Origin: Candidatus Binataceae bacterium
GTDB taxonomy: Bacteria > Desulfobacterota > Binatia > Binatales > Binataceae
Length of the DNA: 25,323 nucleotides
Assembly (NCBI GenBank): GCA_041487255.1
Contig: JBGPMZ010000001.1
Location: 1-25,323 of the forward strand
Direction: 5' to 3'
Both the position numbers and the translations under genes were made by a program. The notes beneath the pieces are model-generated. The model made no database searches. It had not been told where the DNA came from and saw only the letters and a program-made list of their open reading frames with translations. Each line of letters begins with the position of its first letter. Position 1 is the stretch's first letter. Of this stretch, positions 1-8,277 are shown piece by piece.

Positions 1-1
1 C

Positions 2-247
2 ACGCTGCTCAAGAAGGAGATCGCGATCTTCGGGACCGCCTCGGAAGTGACCGCGGCGATCATGCGAGTTAAGGAGAGTTGCGGCTACGAGGATTTCGCC
101 TTCAACACCTGGTTCGAGACCGGCGGCTTCAGCAGCACCGAGGTCGAAGACCAGATGCAGTACTTTGCCGAGGAAGTGAAGCCTCAGCTCGCGCGCGCAT
201 GCGGCGGTCAGGTGCAGAATCCGCAGCTCGGGCTCAACTTCGAATAG
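2..247 (+). CDS. LLM-class (luciferase-like) flavin-dependent oxidoreductase, C-terminal fragment (5' truncated by window edge)
   Basis: Frame is open from base 2: TLLKKEIAIFGTASEVTAAIMRVKESCGYEDFAFNTWFETGG...EDQMQYFAEEVKPQL, matching the typical LLM C-terminal pattern (GT.eeV...i ... m..FaeeV.P.l). TAG at 245-247. Confidence 0.7.
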   Translation, partial: TLLKKEIAIFGTASEVTAAIMRVKESCGYEDFAFNTWFETGGFSSTEVEDQMQYFAEEVKPQLARACGGQVQNPQLGLNFE

Positions 248-256
248 CGCGGACGA

Positions 257-1084
257 TTACTTCGAGCGTTGTTCGTCGAAGGTGCGATCGATGCGGTCGA
301 AGCGGCGGCGGAGAAATTCGCGGCTTTCGTCGTGCGGCAGGATGTAGAGCCGGTTGGCGAGGATCGCATCGACGACTTTCGCGGCGACCTCGTCGACCTT
401 AAGCACGCGTCCCGCGAGATTGAGGTTGGCCGCGCCCTGCGGTTGCACCTGAGGCGAAGCCTCGGCGCCCCCGAAGTCACTCGCGCGATTGCGTTCCGAA
501 CTGCCGATGTTGGTTTCCACCCGCATCGGGCATAGCACCGATACTCCGATGTCGTGTTTGCGAATCTCGCGGCGCAGCACCTCGGCGAGCGCGACCACTC
601 CATACTTCGCGACGCAATACGGTCCGAGGCCTTCGTTGGGAACCAGTCCCGCAAACGACGCGGTGAATAGTATGTGGCCGCTCTGACGCTGCTCGATCAT
701 GCGCGGCAGAAAGGCTTCGACTCCGTGAATCGGTCCCCACAAATCCACCTTGATGATCCATTCCCAATCGGAGTGCTTCATCTCGGCGATCGGACCGCCC
801 ACCGCGACGCCGGCGTTGTTGAACACGATGTGTACGGCGCCCATGCGCGAGAACGCGGTCTCGGCGAGATGCTGCACCGAGGCAAGATTCGCCACGTCGC
901 AAACCACGCCTTCGACCTTCGCGCCGGATGATGAAAGCGCGGCGACCGCTTTGTCGAGAGCGCCAGCTTCGATATCGGCAATCACGAGCCGCGCGCCCTT
1001 GTCGGCGAGGGCCGTTGCGGTGGCAAATCCGATGCCGCTGGCTCCGCCGGTGATGACGGCGACTTTTCCGCTTAGGGTTTCCAT
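257..1084 (-). CDS. Classical short-chain dehydrogenase/reductase (SDR), 275 aa
   Basis: TGGASGIG cofactor motif, NNAG motif, catalytic YCVAK (YxxxK). GGGAG just upstream of the ATG. Confidence 0.92.
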   Translation of the reverse strand: METLSGKVAVITGGASGIGFATATALADKGARLVIADIEAGALDKAVAALSSSGAKVEGVVCDVANLASVQHLAETAFSRMGAVHIVFNNAGVAVGGPIAEMKHSDWEWIIKVDLWGPIHGVEAFLPRMIEQRQSGHILFTASFAGLVPNEGLGPYCVAKYGVVALAEVLRREIRKHDIGVSVLCPMRVETNIGSSERNRASDFGGAEASPQVQPQGAANLNLAGRVLKVDEVAAKVVDAILANRLYILPHDESREFLRRRFDRIDRTFDEQRSK

Positions 1085-1110
1085 GCTCCCACCCTATACC
1101 TCGGGTCATG

Positions 1111-1746
1111 CTAACGCGCGAGGCCCGGAAGGAGCTGCACCAGTCCGCCCGCGATGAATTCTACCGCGACCGCGGCGAGCACCAGGCCGAGCAACCGGCT
1201 GATAATGTTGATGCCGGTTTTTCCGAGCAGCTTGCGTATCGGATCGGCCATCCGCAGCGCGATCCAGGTTGCGAGTGCCACGAAGAGGCCGGCGACGACG
1301 AGAAACAAGGTGTCGTAAGCATCGGTCGCCTGATGCGCATAGATGATCATCGTGCTGATCGCGCCCGGGCCTGCCAGCAACGGTACTCCAAGCGGGACGA
1401 CCGCGGGGTCCTCCTTCTCTGTCCCTTCCTGCATTTCCTCCGGCGTGCTGAGAGTTCTGCTCAGGCGCGCATTCAACATCGAGATCGCCATCAGCAGGAT
1501 TAGAATTCCGCCGCCCACTCGAAAAGACGCCACGCTGATTCCGAACAATCGCAGCAACGGTTCGCCGAGGAACACCGAGAGCACCAGCACCGTAGCGACG
1601 GTCAACGCTGTGACGCTTGCCGTGTGCTTGCGCTCCTGCTTGGCTTGGCCGGCGGTGAGGGTGATGAAAATCGGGATCGTCGCGATCGGGTCGGCGATTA
1701 CGAATAGTGCGGTCGCGATTTCCGCGTTGGTTTTCCAGTCGTGCAT
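1111..1746 (-). CDS. marC: MarC-family integral membrane protein, ~211 aa
   Basis: DPIATIPIF, SFRVGGGILILLMAISML, VPLGVPLLAGPGAIS and RLLGLVLAAVAVEFI are MarC hallmarks. Start moved from the track's 1899 (overlaps the opposite-strand gene) to the ATG at 1746. Confidence 0.88.
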   Translation of the reverse strand: MHDWKTNAEIATALFVIADPIATIPIFITLTAGQAKQERKHTASVTALTVATVLVLSVFLGEPLLRLFGISVASFRVGGGILILLMAISMLNARLSRTLSTPEEMQEGTEKEDPAVVPLGVPLLAGPGAISTMIIYAHQATDAYDTLFLVVAGLFVALATWIALRMADPIRKLLGKTGINIISRLLGLVLAAVAVEFIAGGLVQLLPGLAR

Positions 1747-1822
1747 TGGTGCCGCGGCCCCACTCTCCAATTGCCAAACGAGCCGAGACCTAGGATAACC
1801 AGCATCGTCCGGGAGGTGAATC

Positions 1823-2665
1823 ATGAGAGTACAGGTTGGCGACGGACGGCTGTTTTTCGATGTCGAAGGCGCGAAGCTGGTGCCCGATGGTCCGAGCATG
1901 CGCGAGCGGCCTACGCTGTTGCTGCTGCATGGCGGCCCGGGATTCGATCATTCGAATTTCAAACCCGACCTGAGCCCCCTCGCGGAAGTCGCGCAAGTCA
2001 TCTACCTCGACCATCGCAGTAACGGCCGCAGCGATCGCACCCCACCGGATCGATGGACGCTGGCGAACTGGGCGGACGACGTTCGCGCATTCTGCGAGGC
2101 GCTTGAAATCGAGAAGCCGATCGTCATGGGTACCTCGTTCGGCGGATTCGTCGCGATGACCTATGGAACGCGGCATCCCGACCATCCGGGCAAGCTCGTC
2201 TTCTGCACGACCTCGGCGAAGTGGCGCTTGTCGCGAGTCCTCGACGTATTCGAACGTCTCGGCGGCAAAGAGGCGCGCGGGGCGGCGAAAAACTATTGGG
2301 AGAATCCGAGCAACGATACGATAGCCGACTACATCCGCGTGTGCATTCCGCTCCACAACCACAATGGTCGCGGCCCCGAGATGTTCACCCGCAGCGTGAT
2401 GAATATGGAAGTGGTGCTCGACTTCCCGCGCCGGGAGCAAACCAAATTCGATTTGCTGCCCGACCTGGCCCGCATCAAATGTCCGACGCTGGTTATGGGC
2501 GGCGAGGACGATCCCATCACGCCGGTCGAGGATTCGGCGGATATCGCCGCGGCGCTTCCCAAGGGGTTGGTGCGCTTCGAGCGATTCCCCGTGACCGGGC
2601 ACGGCATCGTAATTGACGCGCCGGAGCGCTTCATCCAGGTGCTGAAGGAGTTCGTCACCGGCTGA
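1823..2665 (+). CDS. Alpha/beta fold hydrolase (proline iminopeptidase-like), 280 aa
   Basis: HGGPG oxyanion motif, GTSFGG nucleophile elbow, Asp in EDDPIT and His in TGHG complete the triad. Strong SD GGAGGTG at 1812-1818. Confidence 0.9.
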   Translation: MRVQVGDGRLFFDVEGAKLVPDGPSMRERPTLLLLHGGPGFDHSNFKPDLSPLAEVAQVIYLDHRSNGRSDRTPPDRWTLANWADDVRAFCEALEIEKPIVMGTSFGGFVAMTYGTRHPDHPGKLVFCTTSAKWRLSRVLDVFERLGGKEARGAAKNYWENPSNDTIADYIRVCIPLHNHNGRGPEMFTRSVMNMEVVLDFPRREQTKFDLLPDLARIKCPTLVMGGEDDPITPVEDSADIAAALPKGLVRFERFPVTGHGIVIDAPERFIQVLKEFVTG

Positions 2666-2685
2666 TTTGTCTTCGCGCGACGGGG

Positions 2686-2714
2686 TTTAATGCGGCCGCG
2701 GGCATCGTTATCAT
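2686..2714 (+). promoter_or_regulatory. Candidate sigma70-type promoter for the GT9-led operon
   Basis: TTTAAT (2686-2691), 17 nt spacer, TATCAT (2709-2714) in the 70-nt gap upstream of the GT9 gene. The -35 match is weak (3/6). Confidence 0.3.
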
Positions 2715-2735
2715 CGTGTCACGGCGCGCGCTCGA

Positions 2736-3896
2736 ATGGGGGCCCATCCGCATGCGCCGGCATCGATGGACGATCTTCCGAATAGCCGGGCGGCTCGGAC
2801 GCTTACAAATCCGAAGCGCATCTTGATTATCCTCAATGGTGCGATTGGCGACGTGGTTCGTGCCTTGCCGCTGTTGGGCCGAGTCCGCCGCGGCTTTCCC
2901 GATGCGCATATCGCGTGGGCGATCGAACCGAAGTCGGCGCCGATTCTCGAAGGGCATCCGTGGCTCGACGAAACGATTCTTTACGATCGACGCCGCGCGC
3001 CTTGGTCCTTCATTCCATTTCTCAAACGCGTGCGCGGCGGGCGCTTCGACCTCGCTATCGATCTGCAGCGCCATCTCAAGAGTGGAATCATTTCGGTTGT
3101 ATCGGGCGCGCGGGATCGGATCGGATTCAGCGCGAACAACACCAAGGAGCTGAATCATCTCTTCTCGACGCGCCGAATCGAGCCGCAACCGGAGATGCGC
3201 TTGAAGCTTCTCCAGTATCAGGCATTCGGCGAGGCGCTCGGACTGCCGCTCGCGCCGGTGGAATTCGGGCTCTCGGCTTCGCGCATGGAACGCGAGCTGG
3301 CCCAGATCCTTCTCAAAGGTGCGCCAGGACCGCGCCTCGGGGTTATCCTCGGCTCGTCGTGGCCGAGCCGCATCTATTTTCCGAAGTCGATCGCCGCGGT
3401 AGTTCGCGGCGTTTGCGATCGAGACAACCTGAACGGGGATGGTCCCGCGCTATTTCCGGTGCTGCTTGGCGGGCCTGACGAAACCGCGTTGGCTTCCGAG
3501 GTGATGCGCGAACTAGGCGGCGTCGGGGCGTTGAACCTCGCGGGCAAAACCTCGTTGCGTGACCTGATCGCGATCTTTCCCGAATGCGAGGCGGCGTTCG
3601 GACCAGATTCGGGGCCGATGCACATCGCGGCCGCCGTCGGATGTCCGATCGTGTCGCTGTGGGGTGCGACCTCGCCAAAACGATCCGCGCCGTGGGGCTT
3701 CGACGATTTTGCGATCACCGGCGAGATTCCGTGTCATCCGTGTTATTTGCGCGAGTGTCCGGTCGGTCGCGAATGCATGCATCGCATCGCGCCGGAAGCG
3801 GTTATCGAGGCGTTGCGCGGTGCGCTCAAAAGCGCGCAGCACCGGCGCGCGGAAGAAATCGCCGCGCCGGAATCGGCGGGTGGAGTTTCGCGATGA
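2736..3896 (+). CDS. Glycosyltransferase family 9, LPS heptosyltransferase-like (WaaC/WaaF/OpsX type); start may be 2766
   Basis: GAIGDVV N-terminal motif, DLQRHLKSG, canonical DSGPMHIAAAVGCPIVSLWG, Cys-rich PCHPCYLRECP tail. ATGA overlap with the next gene. Confidence 0.88.
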   Translation: MGAHPHAPASMDDLPNSRAARTLTNPKRILIILNGAIGDVVRALPLLGRVRRGFPDAHIAWAIEPKSAPILEGHPWLDETILYDRRRAPWSFIPFLKRVRGGRFDLAIDLQRHLKSGIISVVSGARDRIGFSANNTKELNHLFSTRRIEPQPEMRLKLLQYQAFGEALGLPLAPVEFGLSASRMERELAQILLKGAPGPRLGVILGSSWPSRIYFPKSIAAVVRGVCDRDNLNGDGPALFPVLLGGPDETALASEVMRELGGVGALNLAGKTSLRDLIAIFPECEAAFGPDSGPMHIAAAVGCPIVSLWGATSPKRSAPWGFDDFAITGEIPCHPCYLRECPVGRECMHRIAPEAVIEALRGALKSAQHRRAEEIAAPESAGGVSR

Positions 3897-4768
3897 ATCG
3901 GGCCCGGGACACGCATTTTGTCGTAGCGGGATGGCGATTCCTGACTACGGAAAGCACTCCCCGTCAATCCGCCGGCGATCACCTGATCGAGAATGTGGTA
4001 GCGGCGCTGGAGGGCAAGCGCGGCGCTCCATTTCGCCGGTCGCGTCATGCGACGACCTGGAAAGTGCGGATCACGAGAGCGGCCGGCGAATCGGCCAACA
4101 TCTTCGTAAAACAACTTGATGCCGCGCGCGGCTTGATTGCCCGCGCCAAGTCAAAATCGCGAGCGAAGCGCTCCGCACATGTTCTTCGGATCTCCCAAGA
4201 CTTGCGCCGGCGCCGCTTCGGCGTTCCCAGCGTCCTACTCGTCGGAGAGAACCGTAACGCCCGCAACGAAGTGATCGTCACCAGCGAAGCACCCGGTTTC
4301 ATGCTTACCCGATGGATGAATCCGACCTATCACACCGAGGTTGAAGTGCGGCGTGCAATACTGAACAAGCTGGGAGCGGAAATAGCCAGACTGCATCGCG
4401 CCGGCTACATCCATGGCGATCTCACTCCATACAACGTCTTTGCAACCGGCACTCCTCAGATAGCGATTACATTCATCGATCACGAAGGCACAGAGCGAAC
4501 CTCGCCGGTGAGTATTAATGTCGCGCGAAACAGAATGCGCAACCTGGTGCAGTTGGGGCATTTCGATATTCCCGGAGTATCGCGAACCGACAAGTTGCGG
4601 GTCTTCGCGGCCTATGCGTCCGCGCTCGGCCAATCGGAACCAGGTAGGCGACAATCGCTTGTGAGAGTGGCTAAAATGATCGAACAGCGGCGCAGACGCG
4701 ATCGCGCGATCCGGCCCCTCGCGGCGCAATCCGCGACAATCACCCGGAAACGCGCGGCCGGAGGCTGA
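3893..4768 (+). CDS. Lipopolysaccharide kinase (Kdo/WaaP/InaA superfamily), 291 aa
   Basis: True start is ATG 3893 (GGAG at 3882-3885, ATGA overlap with GT9). Kinase motifs IFVKQ, LHRAGYIHGDLTPYNVF, FIDHE, and RNLVQL...SRTDKLRVFAAY typical of this family's C-terminus. Confidence 0.75.
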   Translation: MNRARDTHFVVAGWRFLTTESTPRQSAGDHLIENVVAALEGKRGAPFRRSRHATTWKVRITRAAGESANIFVKQLDAARGLIARAKSKSRAKRSAHVLRISQDLRRRRFGVPSVLLVGENRNARNEVIVTSEAPGFMLTRWMNPTYHTEVEVRRAILNKLGAEIARLHRAGYIHGDLTPYNVFATGTPQIAITFIDHEGTERTSPVSINVARNRMRNLVQLGHFDIPGVSRTDKLRVFAAYASALGQSEPGRRQSLVRVAKMIEQRRRRDRAIRPLAAQSATITRKRAAGG

Positions 4769-5460
4769 TGGCTGACCCGGTAAAAATATCGGTCGTGATC
4801 CCGGTTTATAACGAGGTCAAGACGATTGGCGAAGTTATAAACCGGGTGCTCAATTGCGGCTTCGACACCGAGGTGATCGTGGTCGATGACGCCTCCACCG
4901 ACGGTACTCGCGAGTTCCTTAAGAACTTTCAGCACAGCCGCGTCAAAGTGTTTTATCATTCGAAGAATCGCGGCAAGGGCGCCGCGCTTCGAATGGGATT
5001 TGCGGCGGCTTCGAATCCATATGTATTCGTGCAAGATGCCGACCTCGAATATAATCCGCATGACTATCACGCCATGATCGAGCCGTTGCTCGATGGACGC
5101 GCCGACATGGTATACGGCTCGCGCTTCCTTGGCGGGCCCCATCGGGTGTTCCTCTTCTGGCACTATCTCGGCAACCAGCTCATCACCCTGCTTTCCAACA
5201 TCGTCAGCGACTTGAACCTGAGCGATATGGAGACCGGGATGAAGGCATTCGCGCGCGACAAGCTGCTGCAGCTTCGGCTCAGCGCGAACCGGTTCACCTT
5301 CGAGCCCGAGATCACCGTCAAGGCTGGACGCGCGCGGTGGCGCATCTACGAGGTCCCGGTCTCGTATTCCGGACGCACCTACGATGAAGGAAAGAAAATC
5401 GGCTGGCGTGACGCACTCGCCGCAATCGGCGCGATTCTCTACTACAGGTTTCTCGATTGA
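4768..5460 (+). CDS. Glycosyltransferase family 2, DPM1-like polyprenol-phosphate glycosyltransferase, 230 aa
   Basis: VIPVYNE, VVDDASTDGT, NRGKGAA, QDADLEYNP, VYGSRF, SDMETG and RFTFEPE. No C-terminal TM pair. TGATG overlap with the kinase. Confidence 0.88.
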   Translation: MADPVKISVVIPVYNEVKTIGEVINRVLNCGFDTEVIVVDDASTDGTREFLKNFQHSRVKVFYHSKNRGKGAALRMGFAAASNPYVFVQDADLEYNPHDYHAMIEPLLDGRADMVYGSRFLGGPHRVFLFWHYLGNQLITLLSNIVSDLNLSDMETGMKAFARDKLLQLRLSANRFTFEPEITVKAGRARWRIYEVPVSYSGRTYDEGKKIGWRDALAAIGAILYYRFLD

Positions 5461-6704
5461 ATGCGGAGCCGGATCGCGAGTTGAAGTCGGCGGCAAGACT
5501 GGATGAAAGGTACGGTCCGCATGGTGGGGCGCCTTTGTCGCGAGACACCGCGACTACGAACCTGGCCGATAAGCCGCTCCGCGTCCTCGGCGTAGATCCG
5601 GAACTCGGTTACGCTGGCGGCGAGACCCAGGTGCTCGGCCTAACACTTGGGTTGTTGCGCGAAGGACATCGCGCGGCGCTCGCCTGCGATCCTCGCGGGC
5701 GACTTTACGAGCGCGCTCGGCGTGAAGGCATCGAGTGCCATCCGCTTCCGATTCGCAATGCGCTCGATTTCGCCGCGGGTCTGCGCCTGCGGAGTCTCCT
5801 TTCGCGCGAGCATTATAACGTCGTGCACTTTCACACCTCGCGAGCGCATTCGATGGCGCCCTTCGCGCGAGGCCTCGGGCGTGCGCTCATCGTTACGCGA
5901 CGCATGGACTATCGGCCCAATCGGCTGTTCGCGCCGTATCTATACAATCGCGCGGTCGATGCGGTCGCGGCGATTTCGAGCACAGTCGCCGACGCGCTGA
6001 GCGAAGCGGGCGTCTCACGCGAGCATCTCCGGATCATCCCCTCCGGGGTGGATTGCGATCACTTTCGTCCGGCGAATTCATCGGAGCGTAGTGCCGCGCG
6101 ATCCCGACTCGGAATCGAACGCGACGATTTCATGGTCGGAACGGTGGGCATGCTCGAGGAGCGCAAGGGCCATCGCTATCTCCTCGAGGCAATCGCGATG
6201 CTCAATCGCGCGCGCATTGACGGGTCGCGCATCAAATGCGCGATCGCAGGCGATGGTGCGATGCGCGATGAACTGGTGAGGCTTACGAGCGAGTTGGGGA
6301 TCGCCGGTGATACTCTCTTCCTGGGAATGATTGGGGATTCGCGGCAGTTACTCGATGCGCTCGACGTTTTCGCGTTTCCTTCGCTCAAGGAGGGCCTCGG
6401 AGTGGCCTTGCTCGAAGCGATGTCATGTGGATTACCGGTCGTAGCAACTCGGGGAGGCGGTATAGTGGACATTGTCAACTACAATCATAGTGGGCTGTTG
6501 GTGCCGCCCGCCGACCCTCTGTCATTCGCCAACGCTGTCGATTCGCTTGCGAAGGACCCTACGCGGCGCTCGCAAATCGGAAGCGCCGCGAGGATTCGAA
6601 TCAGCGAGAATTTCTCGATGGATGCGATGACCAGGAAGACTATCGATCTATACCGGACCTGCCTCTGTGGGCAGGGCCACCATCCGGAAGGGGCCAAAGA
6701 CTAG
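5457..6704 (+). CDS. Glycosyltransferase family 4 (retaining GT-B); start uncertain
   Basis: YAGGETQV, VVHFHT, IIPSGVD, VGMLEERKG and EGLGVALLEAMSCGLPVVAT. TTGA overlap with GT2. Confidence 0.9.
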   Translation: MNAEPDRELKSAARLDERYGPHGGAPLSRDTATTNLADKPLRVLGVDPELGYAGGETQVLGLTLGLLREGHRAALACDPRGRLYERARREGIECHPLPIRNALDFAAGLRLRSLLSREHYNVVHFHTSRAHSMAPFARGLGRALIVTRRMDYRPNRLFAPYLYNRAVDAVAAISSTVADALSEAGVSREHLRIIPSGVDCDHFRPANSSERSAARSRLGIERDDFMVGTVGMLEERKGHRYLLEAIAMLNRARIDGSRIKCAIAGDGAMRDELVRLTSELGIAGDTLFLGMIGDSRQLLDALDVFAFPSLKEGLGVALLEAMSCGLPVVATRGGGIVDIVNYNHSGLLVPPADPLSFANAVDSLAKDPTRRSQIGSAARIRISENFSMDAMTRKTIDLYRTCLCGQGHHPEGAKD

Positions 6705-7583
6705 ATGCGCAGTATGACAGGGTTCGGGCGCGCTCACCTCGAGCGCGACGGGGTACGAGTGGTCGCGGAGATTCGCGCGCTCAACCAGCGCTTCTTCGAA
6801 TTGAAGCTGAGCCTCCCGCGCGGATGGGGGGAGCATGAGGCGCAGGTGCGGAAATTGGTGCAGAGCACCGTGTCGCGCGGCCGCATCGAGGTCTTCATGC
6901 GCTATAGCGCGACCAAGGCTCCAGCGGTCAAGCTCCAGGTCAACCAGAAGCTCGCGAAACTCTACATCACCGAACTGCGCAAGCTCGGAAAGCAGCTGAA
7001 CCTCAACGGCCGCCTCGGCCTGGAAACCATCATGCAACGGCCGGAAATTTTCCACGTTATCGAGGACGAGGACGATCAGATTCATCATGGCGTCAAGTTG
7101 GGCTTCGAGGCGCTCGAGGCCGCGCTGAAAAAGCTTGAGACCGAACGCATCCGCGAAGGCAGCAGTCTGAAGCGCGATTTCGGGCGGCGCATCAAGAAGA
7201 TTCTGCTGGCGATGCCGAAAATCGAAAAGCTTTCCGCCGAGACCCGGGCCGAGGTGCTGGCCGGATTTCAGACTCGGGTCAAGGAGCTGCTTGCCGAATT
7301 GCCGGTCAACGAGAAGCGGCTCTATGAAGAGGCGGCTGGCGTGGCACAACGCGGCGATATTACGGAAGAGCTGACTCGATTGCGGATACATCTGGAGGCG
7401 CTGAGAGAACTGCTCGATCGCAGCGAGCCGGTCGGGAAATCCATCGAGTTCCTGCTGCAGGAGATCAATCGTGAAGTGAACACGATGGGTTCCAAATCGC
7501 AAAATGCTGGACTCTCGCAGCTCACCGTCGAGGTCAAAGGCGAAGCGGAAAAAATGCGCGAGCAGGTGCAGAACGTCGAATGA
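6705..7583 (+). CDS. yicC: YicC/YloC-family endoribonuclease, 292 aa
   Basis: MRSMTGFGR start, EIRALNQRF, DITEELTRL and GKSIEFLLQEINREVNTMGSKS C-terminal signature. Usual position upstream of gmk. Confidence 0.93.
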   Translation: MRSMTGFGRAHLERDGVRVVAEIRALNQRFFELKLSLPRGWGEHEAQVRKLVQSTVSRGRIEVFMRYSATKAPAVKLQVNQKLAKLYITELRKLGKQLNLNGRLGLETIMQRPEIFHVIEDEDDQIHHGVKLGFEALEAALKKLETERIREGSSLKRDFGRRIKKILLAMPKIEKLSAETRAEVLAGFQTRVKELLAELPVNEKRLYEEAAGVAQRGDITEELTRLRIHLEALRELLDRSEPVGKSIEFLLQEINREVNTMGSKSQNAGLSQLTVEVKGEAEKMREQVQNVE

Positions 7584-7621
7584 AGGATCCGCATCCAACC
7601 GCTCGCATGATAGAAGCGCAA

Positions 7622-7651
7622 TTGCGAATATCGCAAGATTCGTATTAGTGT
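7622..7651 (+). promoter_or_regulatory. Candidate promoter for a leaderless gmk transcript, with a dyad over the -35
   Basis: TTGCGA (7622-7627), 18 nt spacer, TAGTGT (7646-7651; TAnnnT). Predicted start falls at about the ATG (7657), and there is no SD. TTGCGA-ATA-TCGCAA is a perfect dyad. Confidence 0.4.
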
Positions 7652-7656
7652 CTTTA

Positions 7657-8277
7657 ATGACGGACTTGCCCCCAAGACGCGGTATAGTTTTTATCCTCTC
7701 TGCCCCTTCCGGGGCAGGAAAAACTACTATCTGGCGTGCCGCGCTCGAGGCCGTACCGGAGATTGAATTCTCGGTCTCATTGACCACACGAAAGCCGCGC
7801 GGCAGCGAGGTTGACGGAACCGACTATCATTTCGTGAGCGAGGATGAGTTCATACGCAGGCGCGATGGCGGTGAACTTGCCGAATGGGCGCAAGTTTTCG
7901 ACGCCGGCTACGGCACTCTGAGACGTCCCCTCGACAACGCCATCCAGTCGGGCCGCGACATCCTGCTCGACATCGACATCCAGGGCGCCGGTCAGATTCG
8001 CGCGAAGTATCCCCACGACTCGGTCGCGGTGTTCGTGCTGCCGCCTACCTTTGATGATCTCGCTCAGCGCCTTCGCAAACGCGGCACCGAAACCGAAGAC
8101 GCGATCGCGCGACGGCTCAACCGCTCGCGCGAAGAAGCGCGCGCCTATCCGGACTACGACTATCTAATCATCAACGACGACGTCGACGCGTCGGTCGAAC
8201 GATTCCGCTCCATCGTCAATGCCGAGCGCTCGCGGGTGGCGAGGCTGCGGGAAGGTTTCGCGCCGTGGAAGAGCTAG
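7657..8277 (+). CDS. gmk: Guanylate kinase, 206 aa
   Basis: SAPSGAGKTT P-loop, TTRKPRGSEVDGTDYHFV, YGT, LDIDIQGA and YDYLIINDD. Start set at ATG 7657 because the track's upstream extension overlaps yicC. Confidence 0.95.
   Translation: MTDLPPRRGIVFILSAPSGAGKTTIWRAALEAVPEIEFSVSLTTRKPRGSEVDGTDYHFVSEDEFIRRRDGGELAEWAQVFDAGYGTLRRPLDNAIQSGRDILLDIDIQGAGQIRAKYPHDSVAVFVLPPTFDDLAQRLRKRGTETEDAIARRLNRSREEARAYPDYDYLIINDDVDASVERFRSIVNAERSRVARLREGFAPWKS

Noticed and set aside
1771-1799. TTGCCA-N17-GATAAC as a promoter for the hydrolase
   Set aside because: Good -35 but the -10 lacks the key T/A positions; too weak to call.
3584-3892. N-terminal extension of the kinase ORF; likewise 7504-7656 for gmk and 1747-1899 for marC
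   Set aside because: These overlap neighbouring genes and have no homology; better starts exist downstream.
4612-5496. 294-aa antisense ORF over GT2, and similar shadows (1790-2602, 21891-22778, 20488-21252, 19181-20335)
   Set aside because: All overlap confidently identified genes on the other strand and translate to non-protein-like sequence.
6648-7787. 379-aa antisense ORF over yicC
   Set aside because: Antisense shadow of a well-supported gene; no family signature.
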